A stretch of DNA of 64,000 nucleotides from Lytechinus pictus (taxonomy: Eukaryota), in contig NC_087245.1 of the NCBI RefSeq assembly GCF_037042905.1, positions 1,550,001 through 1,614,000 of the forward strand, read 5' to 3'. A program made the position numbers and the translations under genes. Positions within the stretch are counted from its first letter, which is position 1; every line of letters begins with the position of its first letter. Under the pieces are notes generated by a model. The model was not told where the DNA came from and did not search any database. It saw only the letters and a list, made by a program, of their open reading frames with translations. This document shows, one piece after another, positions 39,541-51,600 of the stretch.

Positions 39541-39760
39541 TATTCAGACTTCTCTTTCTCAGTCCCAACGGGTCTGACACTGGTATTGACAGAAGTCTAT
39601 TCACATAAATATTTCAGACTTCTCTTTTTCCAGTCCCAACGGGTCTGACACTGGAATTATTATACAGAAGTCTATTCACACAAATAATTCAGACGTCTAT
39701 TTTTTCCAGTCCCAACGGGTCTGACACTGGAATTATTTATAGATGTCTATATATTCACAC
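39541..39760. repeat. Three tandem ~71-76 bp stem-loop units with invariant 24-nt core CAGTCCCAACGGGTCTGACACTGG
   Basis: Cores start at 39560, 39631, 39707; each is enclosed by an outer inverted repeat AGACTTCT...AGAAGTCT (AGACGTCTAT...ATAGATGTCT in unit 3). Confidence 0.9.
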
Positions 39761-40992
39761 ACAATTCTACCGAGTGGGTGAACAATTAGCAACAATGAAT
39801 AACAAATAACTTTTATATTTAGACAATGACAATTTATTATTACAAGAAAGTGAAGAAACAATCACAATATCATATGTGGTGAATGAAATGCACTGAAGAA
39901 AATTCACAAAATGTGTATTAAGAACAAAATTCAAGAGTATATTTTCAAGTTACAGGTAAGATGCGAAGCTCAGAAAACCCACCTATTTTCTAGTAACAGG
40001 TAAGATCTGAAATTCAGAAAAACCCACCTCTAACGTACCACCGACACAAGTGTAATTTCGAGTTGAGTAAAAATTCAGATTATTACTCAACCCGGCAACC
40101 AGGAGTATTAGAACTTCTAACACTCTTTCTGCCACTCAATGTGTACAGAACTGGCTGTAAAAACACTTGCCAAATGTCGATAGAAAATATATACTGGAAA
40201 TTTTATAGAAATGTATGAACAACTCTACGCCCTCAAAATATTGGTGCACTGCCCGATATGCAAGAATATGAAATTGTAGGAAACTTATACCATCTGGAAT
40301 AATTACTGAGGATCGAGAGAAAATTTCAAGTTCAAATTAACTTTTCCAATCCAATAAATCCACCAAATACTCACACCCGACTTTTTTTTTGGAAGTGGTG
40401 TGGTGTGAATGTTCCAAATTTGAAAGAAAGCTTATAAAGACAATGGCGGACTAAAAATATCCTCGCCTAGAAGCAGATCTCAAAGAATTCACAAACAAAA
40501 GCAACGAGATGGTAAGCGACGCAAAAATATGCAAGGAACGAAATTCTCGACGGCGAGCCAAACAATAGCAGAGACTCGCGAAGAATGCGATAAGAAATGC
40601 ACGTGCAACCAAACAATGAAGGGCGTGTGCACCTTTGGTGTGCACAGAGAATAAAATGCAACGTAGTGGACATGAAATAATTTCCTAGATATGGTAAATA
40701 TATATCAAAATCCACTTGTATCAAACTAGAAATGATATCATGTACGGAAAAATGATAAAACTTAAACAAGATGTGTACGAGATGCATGCATGTAAATCCA
40801 CGCAATCACGGCACGCAAATTTACAATTAACGGTAGAGAGCGGAAAACTTCCCACTCACTCTCCGTTCGTTATACACTTCAAAATCACTCACAAATGACT
40901 TTCATGAGCAAATATGAAGTATGAACGGACATGAAATGATAAAAATGAAAATGACAGGCGCACAGGACGATCCGAAAACTCGCAATCGCCAA

Positions 40993-41535
40993 TGTTGTAA
41001 AAATGGAAGATGTGGGTTACAGATATGTGATGGCACGAGATACGATACGTTACGATGGGCGAGTGGTTTAAACTTACAATTACAACACTGACAAGGATTA
41101 GGACTCACTAATACACAAATGGGTTACCGACGGTACGAGACAGTGACAACAACTAATACTCACCTGACACTTGTACAGACGATGCCACACGGTAGATAAA
41201 CAGGTATACTAATTCTATGTTGCTTCTAAGTTACTTGTAGACCATGGCGCCTGGTGGGGAACAGCTGGGATGCATGTCCACACTCGATGGCGTCTCTGGG
41301 TCTTCTCTCTGTGGTGTCGGGATTCAATCTCTCAGCACCAGCTTGTGTACGTGCTGTGCAACGCACACACGTAGCAGGCGTAGGAGCATATAAAGGCTCC
41401 TCCAATCAGGAGCGCTCCTCGCATACACACAGCACATACACAGACTTAATATACATGAACATAGATCAATACATATATACTAATACACAGACTAATACAT
41501 ATATGGTACTACAGGTACATGGCAAATTTACTACA
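40993..41535 (-). repeat. 5' LTR (543 bp)
   Basis: Near-identical to 33483-34025; termini TGTAGTAAA...TTTACAACA on - strand; ATTGG and TTTATAT boxes near 41388-41406; CAG|GTGAGT donor at 41166-41158. Confidence 0.93.
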
Positions 41536-42559
41536 CTAGCGATGAAAGATGGCCCTGTCTCTCAATCTGCCCTTGTCCCATCCGACTATGGACTAGACCA
41601 TTTGAGATGAGACCAAACAGGGAATTAATCAAACTCAAAGCCAGAGACTTACATAGATCTAGATCTAATTTAGCAATCTAAACCCTTTTGAGATTTGCTA
41701 TCAATCCTCACTAGGTTGAATACTAGTACCATTCAGTGCAAAAGGCCATCGCCGCATAATTCGACCCTCCGCGCATACAGTCGACAGATTGACAAAGAAA
41801 ATATCGACAACAGATTACCCTGGAAATAACAAAGGTGTGAAATTAAGATAAATTCCCCATTTCTAAATATTTTGGGGAATATGTCAAAATCTTTGAATTA
41901 TGCCAGGTTGAATACTAGTACCCATACGGTACCGAACGCGCGCATCATACGCATCAGAAAATAATTTTATACGCTCAAAATTTTGCAACATCCTTCCAAA
42001 GAGAACTTGAATAGAAAGATGATGAAAAGTTGTAAAAAACACATTATCAAAGTCTTAATATTCTAAAAATAACAAAAATATGGTCAAAATAGCTCATCAG
42101 TGATTTTGTTGTTTTTTCAACTTTTCCCATAGAAAACACACGTTCGGTAATACGATACCTTTTCATGTGACCAAAATATTTCACATGCGAAGAGGGGTCC
42201 GATTGGAAGCTAATATCGTAAAAAGGACTAACGATTTCGGCAAAATTTTTACATATTTATATTTTGTAGGTAATTGTGTATTTATTGTGAAAGTTTGGTG
42301 AATTTTATGAGAATAATGTGTTTGATATGATTGAATTCATGAAAAGTGTTCGGTAATACGATCCACTACCATACCGGTACATAAAACAACATGAACAAGA
42401 ACAAGATTGCAAAAACAAGTCAAGCCTAAGGCAAAAAATTCAAACTTTTACCTTATGTATCTCTAAAATCATAAAATGACAGAAAATGCTTAAAATATCA
42501 TATAACATAGGAATTGCATTGACAATTGATATATTTTCTGACGGATATATGGGCCTATA

Positions 42560-42760
42560 TATTATAATTTGCTGAATTTCAATCTCGTCCACTCCTTCTG
42601 TCGAATGTTCAGCTCGAGGTGTGGTATACTGGTGATCGTCGACGGCGCGTCTACATGTAGTTCTTAAGGTACCGTGCGTGTGCGAAGTTTACCGTGATTA
42701 GAGCCATCGACAGCGCATCGATAAACTTGATGAGCGTCATGATACGAACGAGCATAATAT
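42560..42760 (+). promoter_or_regulatory. CpG-rich putative promoter / non-coding first exon of the ZMYND8-like gene
   Basis: Local CpG enrichment not explained by a TIR element; possible donor AAG|GTACCG at 42668/42669; the ATG-containing exon has an acceptor at ~45522, implying an upstream exon. Confidence 0.4.
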
Positions 42761-44149
42761 TGGAAAGTGCCATGGAACATGCAGTTAAAAAGAAAAAGAA
42801 ACCCAGAAAATTTGCAAACACAAATTTATTACCAACATCTGCTCAGATTCTATAAAAAAACAAACTAAAACTCAGAATTTTCTCATGATATATAATGAGA
42901 AAAAAAATCACACAAATTCTTTCTTACATCATTTAAATCAAGAATAAGTACCCGTCTGGCGCGCGTCCTGAATCATGATGTAATTTGGCATGCACAATTT
43001 TTTTGTGGAGGGGTATCTGGCAAGTGCGATGCTAAGAAAACGGTTGAAATAATTTTATCATATTCATAATTTTCATAATATTTGGAATAGCAAGTGCAAA
43101 ATTTTCTTGTTTGTATTTTCTCTAGTTGTCATTATTAAAGCACTGAAATAATGGTGTCTGGCTGTAGGATACACTGCCATACTCTGGTCTGCTGGTCGAC
43201 TCTAGACCTATGTCTGACCATTTGCTCCCGGGGGGGGGGGGGGCACTAACATTGACGAGTGGATACCATGCGCTACCAAAAAAACATGTGAAAAGATGTC
43301 TTTTTCAAGATAGAGCATGTTACGTACGTAAATAAGGGTGTCTAGGCTCATATAATTTGGTGTGTATGATACTAGCATGGATCCCAGGGAGCCTATTGAT
43401 TTTGAAGTCAAAGGTCAAGATCACAGTGACATGTTTTCATCTTACCCTTCTGAAGTCCTTGTTATAACGCGATAACTTTAGTTGTACATTTATCCTAGGT
43501 TCATAATTGGTGTGTTTGATACTAGCATAGATCTCAGCAATTTTATTGATTTTGAGGGCAGATGGTCAAAGGTGATGTTGCCACCTTCCACTTTTCTTGC
43601 TTGACCAATAACTCAATTTTCCGTGTTACATGTGGGCGTATTATGTGCACGCCTCAGCGACACTCTTGTTTTTCATGATTTCTTCTTTTTATTTAGGTCT
43701 GTTTCATTTTCATTTCATAACATTTGATTTTGTATTCATTAGCCATTATCAGTATGTTTTTCCTTTGGGGTTAGTGAAGGTTTCTTTACTCATGCAATAT
43801 TCACATCATCAAATATAAGAAGTGCAAACCACAATCTCAGAGGCCAAGCTGATGATTATGATACAACCATTTCGGTCTTATTATACAATTTTACCACATT
43901 CACTCAAATTTTACATCATTTAATCAGTCATGTACACTTTTCAAAATCCAACCACCACAATTGCATCAGATCAACTTTACACCAATTTCATCTCAATCGG
44001 ATCACAAGCAAACAACAGAATTATAAACACAATCGAAAGAAGTCTCACTTAGTGAATACTTGAATAAAATTGGAGCAAGATAAAACTGTTCATTTTATTG
44101 ACATCTAAAGACAAGGCTGTAGTGATGAAATGAATGTCACGGTGAGTTA

Positions 44150-44290
44150 TTTTTTCATATTTACATTATAAACATTCACATCTTTAATTTTTTTACATAT
44201 CTATATATTTATATATTTACATATTCACATATCAAAAATATTTACATGTTTATATATTTATATATTTACATATTTATATATTTGCATAAT
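44150..44290. repeat. AT-rich simple repeat (ATATTTAC/ATATTTAT)n
   Basis: Visible 8-mer periodicity. Confidence 0.7.
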
Positions 44291-44446
44291 CATCGTGAAA
44301 CATCATTCACAAAATATAGTGAAATATAATGACTAAATAATAAGTTTCAGCAAAACAGAATTGGCAAATGTGATAGAGGCTAGAAAGTGAAAGGCGAAAT
44401 GAGATGAGAATGATAGAATGAGACAAAGTTGGAATGTAACAGCGAT

Positions 44447-45400
44447 TTATGGTTCATTCACACAACATTGACAGACAAATCTTTCATCTCTTCCTACGTG
44501 AATGACTGGTGAGCAGACCTTAAGATGAACCCAATGATGGCACTTGTCACACTGGGCCTAGTTGATGATGAAGTCCCCTCCATCTAAGAGGTGACGAGTT
44601 GGCGAATGTTTACACTGGCAGCATGGTTCGTCGTCGTCTTCGCTCAAACTCATTGGAGTTGGTGGTGGAGGTGGTATTGGACGTGGATGGGTTCGACTAG
44701 GTCCTGCTTGTTGACTGTTTCTCTGATGGTGCTTATCCTGCTGCTGGAGTCTTCTGAATATCTTCAGGAATATGCTGCTTTCAGTTACTGCCACCCCACC
44801 TGACTGGTATGAAGGTGCTTCCCTTTTTCTTGTAGTGGTAGATGGTGATGGCCTCACTGGTCTCTTCAACAGAAACTTCTCTGATGGTGATTTGTCTGTT
44901 ACTAGCTGAGAATCTCGAGTATCTTGAGTTGGATGATTGTCTGGTGGAGTAGTCACCACACTGGGCCTTGTTGCTGTCGCGGTGTCCACCTTAGATGTAT
45001 AGAATGGGCAAACACCAGTCTTTCTGAAGGCCGATTCTAGGTTTGTGTGGGTTATTGATTTCAGGTAAGCGAGCGAGATGAGCCCGATGATGTTGTGCCT
45101 CGAAATCACCATGCCTGGATGTGAAGACAGATATGATGCACATTGCCGGTTGTAATGACACTTCATAGGCACCAAACATCCTACGTCGAGTGGTTGGAGC
45201 AAGTGTGAGGTGTGGGGAGGCAGAAGAAAGAGTATCAGTCTGTTCCTCCTTGCTTCCTCGATGACGGGAACAGTTATATATATGGGATTTGTGTCTGTCA
45301 TACCAGACCAGACAGTACTCCTCGTCCCTCTTGACAGCTGGCAGGAAGTGAATGATTGCTGATAAAGTTTTGGAAAATACTCCCATTGCTCCATCTGCTG
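44447..45400 (-). pseudogene. pogo/Fot1-like DDE_1 transposase with C-terminal PHD finger, truncated and disrupted
   Basis: LVWYDRHKSHI (DGHxSH motif), frameshift, then LFLLPPHTSHLLQPLDVG...SAFRKTGVCPF; after TAG at 44558-60 the frame continues AQCDKCHHWVHLKVC...FVCQCC to TAA at 44447. Confidence 0.85.
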
Positions 45401-45630
45401 TCACTTTACACCTTTCCTTTTCTCTCTTAGTTACACTCATTATTTTTTTTTTCAGGGTTCATTCTCTTAAAATTGGATATTTAATGGAAATTTGAGATAA
45501 AAATTTTCTTATTTTATTCTAGGGTATTTCTCCTTTCGGTGTTCTCATTGGTCAAGTATTACCCAGGAGGCATGTGGTAACAGTTGAAAACTTGAACAGT
45601 AGGGAGAATAAAACAGTGTTTTTGGACAAA

Positions 45631-48600
45631 ATGGATTTCAGTGATGCTGGTCAGATTGTACCAATTGCACTTCGACGGACACATCGGGCCAATGCAGGGT
45701 AGGAATAATTGATAATTTCATTATTAATATTATTTAGGTTTAGCTTCTTATTTTCTTACAAAAATACATGTATACAAAAGACTGATACTTTTCCTCCATG
45801 TTAATGTGGATTTAGTATAGCTGATGAAATATTGAAGGCCCTTTAATAAACAGGGTCTTGGACAGATAAAAATGTAAATGTGTAGTTTCAAATCTGTAGA
45901 AGGAATGAAAAGTTTGGATCTTTATTACTCAAAAGGAAGAAGGAAGACAGTAAATAATATTTTTTTATAGACATGTATTGTAATTTGTGAATAGAACTAA
46001 ACAACAAACCATGTAATGTTTGATATGGTATTTTATAGTTGAACTCAAAGCTGCATGTTTAGGGCTTTTTATGTAATTTATGAAGTGACATACAGCACAA
46101 CAACACAGGTTGATCACATTAGTAGATTTGGAAATTCATGGGGGGTAGCTGAGACTTTAAATAACATGTAAATAAGAATAAACTCATGATTCTGAAAATG
46201 ATGGTAACAAAGATTAAAAACAATGATTAAAAATTATGCTATATATGGTCAATGATGATGATGTTTCTGATGAGCCTGAAGATGTTGATGAGGATGATAA
46301 TGGTGATGATGATGGTTATTAGATAATTATGATGGTGATGATATTAATGATGATGATGAGTAGGGGAGGAGGGGAAGGGGCTTATGATAATTGGCCTTTA
46401 AAATTTGTTGTGCCCCCCCCCCATTTTGTGCTTTACTGAAGAAATGTGCCTGATAATGCTTTATACAAATCCAGATAAATTCCAAGGCCTGCATCGTTTG
46501 TTGTACAGTCTAGAATAATCTACTTTTATTATTTTTTTTACAGAGCCAAAAGAAAGGCAGCTGAGGAAGAGACAGTCAAAGAAAAGGGTAACAGGAATCA
46601 TTAACAACTACTATATATTTTAATTGAGTGCAAGATATCTCAATTTTCTTGCTTCTGTGTATCTGCCTCTTACATTACTACACCATTTCTGTTTAAGCTG
46701 TCTTATTCATTTACCCCCCCCCCCCCCCCCGAGATGGTGCTAAGTTATTGCACAATCTTGGTATGAGGGGTCAAATATGGCAGCCTACTGACGGTTTGAT
46801 TAAGTAATATTTGCTTAATTGGAGGGTCATGAATACAAGCAAGAAAACTTAGAAATTTGGCATGCGAATTGTTTTTTTTTCTATCATTTTAATTTGTAAG
46901 CTTTGAAATTCATTGTCATGTGGAAAGAAATGTGAGAAGTGAAACCAATTTCGATTTCTCAAGTATTTTCTGTGGTATACTGGTTCTGACAAAATCAAAC
47001 TGGGTAACAGGGTAAATGATTGGTGTGTTTGACTATACTGACTTCTCTTGACAAGTGTCATTGACAAATAAAATGCTCTTTACTGACCAGGCTTCTATAT
47101 GTGTTTCCCTTTAGATAAACAAAGAGAGATGAAAAAGAAAAAGAAAAAGAAACTTCCTGCATCACTGAATACTGCAGCAAATTCTGCACAATCTGTAACA
47201 AAGCTGGCAGCTGACTTTATGCGGTCAAAAAACAAGGTTCCTGTTCCTAAGGTTATCAAGAATCTAGTAAGTAGGGAACTTTCTATTTACAAAACTATAG
47301 AGAATATGATTTTCCTATAGAGGATGTCCCTCATGAAGTGGATGATCATACATTACTTTGAACTATTATGACTCTGTTCTCCAGTGATGTCTTGTTGATG
47401 ATATCCTTTTATTTTATTTTCTGTTCTCTGTATTCATTATTTTTTCCTTGTCCTTTCAGTATTCTCTTTTTCATTTCAATTGTCTTTCTTTAAGACAAGT
47501 TCTTCTTTTACTCTCATTCCCTGTCTCTCCTGCAATAATTTAATTTTCTTTCTCCACCATTGCATTCTCTCCCCCTTTCTTTGTTTTCATGTTGTTTCTT
47601 TTTTTTTTCCATAATTTGATTTGGTCATTATTTTTTTACTTTTTGTCTATTCTCGGAGGCTCTTACAGTAATCTGCAATTCCTTGTTCTTGTTTCAATAA
47701 GAAGCTGTTTACACTTATTCACAATTATTATGACAATGCTTACTCTTCAATGGTGTCTTTTCATTATCTGCATCACTTATAATTTGGACTTGACATGATC
47801 TGTTAAATTGACTTCTTAATAGGTATCTTTGAACTATTTAAATCATACCACTCCCTATACTGATATTGATCAATACTTTCAATGTCATTACACAATTGGA
47901 CAGGTCAAATGTCAAAAAGCAAGGCAACATAGTTTCCTTTATGCTCATTTTATATGCATGCATTAAACTATCATAGAAAGTAAGTAGATCAGGGTGATCT
48001 CAGAGTTCATTTGGAAGAGTTTGCCATGTTTTGTGCTTCAAATTTTCACCCTTACCCCTATAAAAACTCTGTTCAGTGTTTTTCTTATGCCAATAGGTTG
48101 AGTTATCTGCAAAAATGCCAGAATGATGGGTCTTAAGTTGCATAGGCTACAAACTGAACCAGAAGATATGTTACCCAAAGCAATGATGATTAATGGTGGG
48201 CAGTATAGCTTACTTGCTGTGTAGAAGTTAGCCTTATCCATCTTTAACATGACTCTCACCAATTACTTTCAGCATCCACACAATGACTTCTACTGCTGGA
48301 TTTGCCACAACCAGAGGTATGATGGTAAATTCTTGTACTGTAATGTCTGTCCGAGGGTCTACCATGACACCTGCGCCAACGTTCCCTGTCCTCAACCAGA
48401 CTGGGTGTGTCTGGAATGTGAGGTAAGAACTTTATACAAATGGAGAAATCACATCTCTTACCCATCCACTCCTAATAGAGAACCAAAGTGATGATGTCAC
48501 AAAAAACTTTTTTGCATTTTAGCTTTTTTTATGCCATATCTCGGCAGGGCACCCACTACCAAAATTTGGTGGGAATCGGTCCATGGGGGCCTTAGATGTG

Positions 48601-51600
48601 ACCTCATGGATACATAATTAGCCCCATTGAAGTCAATGTATTATTGGCCTGGTTCTAAATGTAAGGAACGAGGCCAATAATACGTTGGTTTCAATGGGAC
48701 TGATTATGTATTCATGAGGTCGTGATTATGTATTCTTGGAGCCCCAAGGACTGATTCCTTTCAAATTTGGGTCGTGGAGGTATTTTATCATGCTCTTCCA
48801 AAGTATGGTATCAAAACTGCTGAAATGCAAAAAGTGAGAATTGATGACGTCACACTCCGGAACTCTATGACTGAAGTCAAGGGGAATTTAATAGGTCATA
48901 ATCGCAGTAAAGGCATGTTAAGTCATGACCAAGCAATGCTCAGCACCATTTGCAGATAGCTATTAATGAATCAAACTTACAAAAAGTAATTTTAGAATAT
49001 TATTTCTAGTGGTTGCTTTTGTCACCAAGAACCAACACATCTTTTTATTGCTAATTTGATGCATACACTGTACATTGCATGTTCTTAACTTGAGTTATGT
49101 CTTGTCATATTCGAATGCTGCAAATGTCAGTGTGTCTCTTGAGCTATGTTGCGCCGTTTGTGCACAAGGCCAGGAGAAAAGTATACATCCATGAGCATCA
49201 CCATGTACTACATCAAGTTCCATTTGAGACCATCCACCCCCAAACCAATAATAAGCTGCCATTAACGGTTCTCTCTAAGTAGCCAAAATATAAATTTGGT
49301 CTTCAAAAAGTAAGAAATTTAAAACTACCTCATATGAAAGAGTTATTCGTCTTTTGCATACTGTCAAAATTTAAATTTGTACAGTTTAATAAAAGACGAG
49401 ATAAAGCAGTTTCTTTTTAAACCATTTTTGCGGACAGCTTCAAAGTTTCACCACGATGACACAGTGTGCACATATGCTTGAGTGACTCAGAACTTCAAAC
49501 CTTGTTTTTTTTAAATATATATAATTTCAAAGCTTAGGATATGCTTTTTCAAGCGTAATGAATATATCTCAAAATTCATTTTTGGCAACTTTTGTTGGTG
49601 TGGGGATGGCTGGTCATATTTTATTATAATACTCCAAGTTGAAAATAAACATGTTAACATTGATACAGACGTAGCATTGCATGTGTTTTATGAGCTCTGT
49701 AAAAAGCAGGTCATTATATAGTATCTCTAGGAATGTTTTCGAAAGAACATCTAACTTTCCTTATCTAAACAATTTGTATGTAAAATAAAACTTCATGAAA
49801 AATCTGAGTCAGTTCTGATTTTGGTACATGAGTTATAATTTTTTTTTTTTAATGATTTTTATAGGGATCAGTGCATGGAAGTGCATTTGGGGATAGTTGT
49901 TTGTGTTGTGTGTAATATATTCAAAGCAAAATGTTTTGTTCTTTACAGTGAACTAATATTTGCTCTTATCATGTCAATACAATGTTTAATATCAGAATAT
50001 CACAGATGCAGAATGTACAGAGACACAATCCAATGCTATGGCTTCGCTTTCTCTTGATAAACTGGCAAAGGTTCTACGTACAGCAATCGGAAAGATGAAA
50101 CGATACACAAATGTAAGTTTTTGCTTGTGTTTGAAGACTCCCCTACTTTCTTTGTGCTTGTTGTTTCAATCCAAGTAACAAAACTAAATACATGTTGCCA
50201 TACATACTAACTGATGTCAGAAAGTGCCTTTTTTACGGCTGTGAGGATGATTGCCTTAATTCAAATTGTTGTGTGAAGATTAATCAAGAAGTCAGAATTT
50301 TTATTTATGGTCTATGATATATTTCTTTAGGCTTAAAAGCTTTTAGCTCACAGTTATGAAAAAAATGAAATGAGATTCGTTTCTGAATATTGAGAATAAC
50401 TTGACTCGTTATTATACCTTGAAATTGTGTATTTTGCCCCTAGTCTCTGCTCTTCACACCAATTGATGACCTTCGAGAGTTTCGAGATTACAGACAGTTT
50501 ATCTTCCATCCCATGGACCTATCTCTGATGGAAAAGGTATTAAAGAATGGTGACATAGATCTATTGAAATGATTGGTTGACATATATCATGTGACCAGTC
50601 TTTTGTTTTTATCCAAAGGCAAATTTGCTAATGACGGCCGGTACTAATGACTAGTTCTAGTGACCGGTCAAAATTTGACTTGAGATGAGGATGGTTTATC
50701 AAATGATAAAGATCCATATCACTTTCTTATAAAACCTGTAAAACACATATTTATTTCATGTGCATTCATATACATGTAATTACCCACAGTTGTTAGCTTT
50801 GAAATGGTCCAAATACCCTCAGCTAAGCCTCGGGCATGCTTGAACTATTCCAAAGGTGCCCTGTGCTTTTAATTCTTTAGTGAATCAATGACCTTGATGA
50901 TTTTGCATATTCTCCTTTCATTACATCTATTAGAGTATATTACACATAATCTGTTCATTTGTTCTCTTACAGTGTACTGTAAGTGTTTCCAAAAGAAAAG
51001 GATCTTTTTTATGTTTTGTTATTGATTTCTCCGCTTCTAAATAGCAATGAATTAATATCACCAACACTCCTTTTCATCAGGAAAACAGTAACTTATTCAT
51101 ACAGAATTTGTTACTGGAAAATTACACTTTCCACAATAAGCAGAGCATTTTATGTAATTGTTTTTTTTTTCCACTGACTATCTGTTGTAAGCTAATCCTT
51201 GCATCTGATTGGTTCATAGTAAAATAATCATTGAGAAGTATTGTTTGATTTCATGAACTTTCCCCAGATTTTTGTGAATAGTTCAGCAGGTGTAAAAGTA
51301 TTTCTTTGGAGATATCAGTATCAATCTCATGAACAAGAATGCAAACCACTCACTTGATGCTGTCTTATCCTTGCAGTATAACCATTGTACATGTGCAGTA
51401 TTCATATCATTTTTATCTCGCCTACATAGGCGCCGCTTTTCTGACAGCGGTGGCATCATCATTGAAATCTTAATCGAAGGTCAAGTTTTTTTAATTACAT
51501 CATAACTTTGAAAGTATATGGATTATGGACCTAGTTCATGAAACTTGGACATACGGGTAATCAAGTATTACTGAACATCTTGCTTTGGTTTCAGGTCACA

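Larger units (their letters stand above)
33483..41535 (-). mobile_element. LTR retrotransposon (Ty3/Gypsy-like), gag-only, non-autonomous, recent insertion
   Basis: Direct 543-bp LTRs with TG...CA ends; 4-bp TSD CTAG at 33479-33482 and 41536-41539; on - strand TGGCGATTGCG 1 nt inside the 5' LTR (PBS-like) and GGGAGGAA abutting the 3' LTR (PPT); single long ORF is gag-like. Confidence 0.93.
33256..41929. mobile_element. Tc1/mariner-pogo-type MITE (~617 bp when empty) split by the LTR element
   Basis: TIR CCGTA(A/T)GGGTACTAGTATTCAACC at both ends, TA duplication (33254-55, 41930-31); imperfect ~220-bp inverted arms; motif GGTACTAGTATTCAACC 3x left, 2x inverted right. Confidence 0.85.
33207..42373. 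mobile_element. Older MITE hosting the pogo-type MITE
   Basis: Removing the inner element restores GTATTACCGAAC, whose reverse complement GTTCGGTAATAC recurs at ~42142 and ~42348; degenerate terminal inverted match TATAGTGAGTGATTGTATT / AATACGATCCACTACCATA. Confidence 0.55.

Noticed and set aside
39560..39730. CRISPR-like or hammerhead-ribozyme interpretation of the 24-nt repeats
   Set aside because: Spacers are homologous to each other, the context is eukaryotic, there are no cas genes, and no CUGANGA/GAAA hammerhead core was found on either strand.
46250..46360. (GAT)n tract resembling an acidic coding exon
   Set aside because: Contains stops and lacks compatible splice sites; flanking exons join in phase without it.
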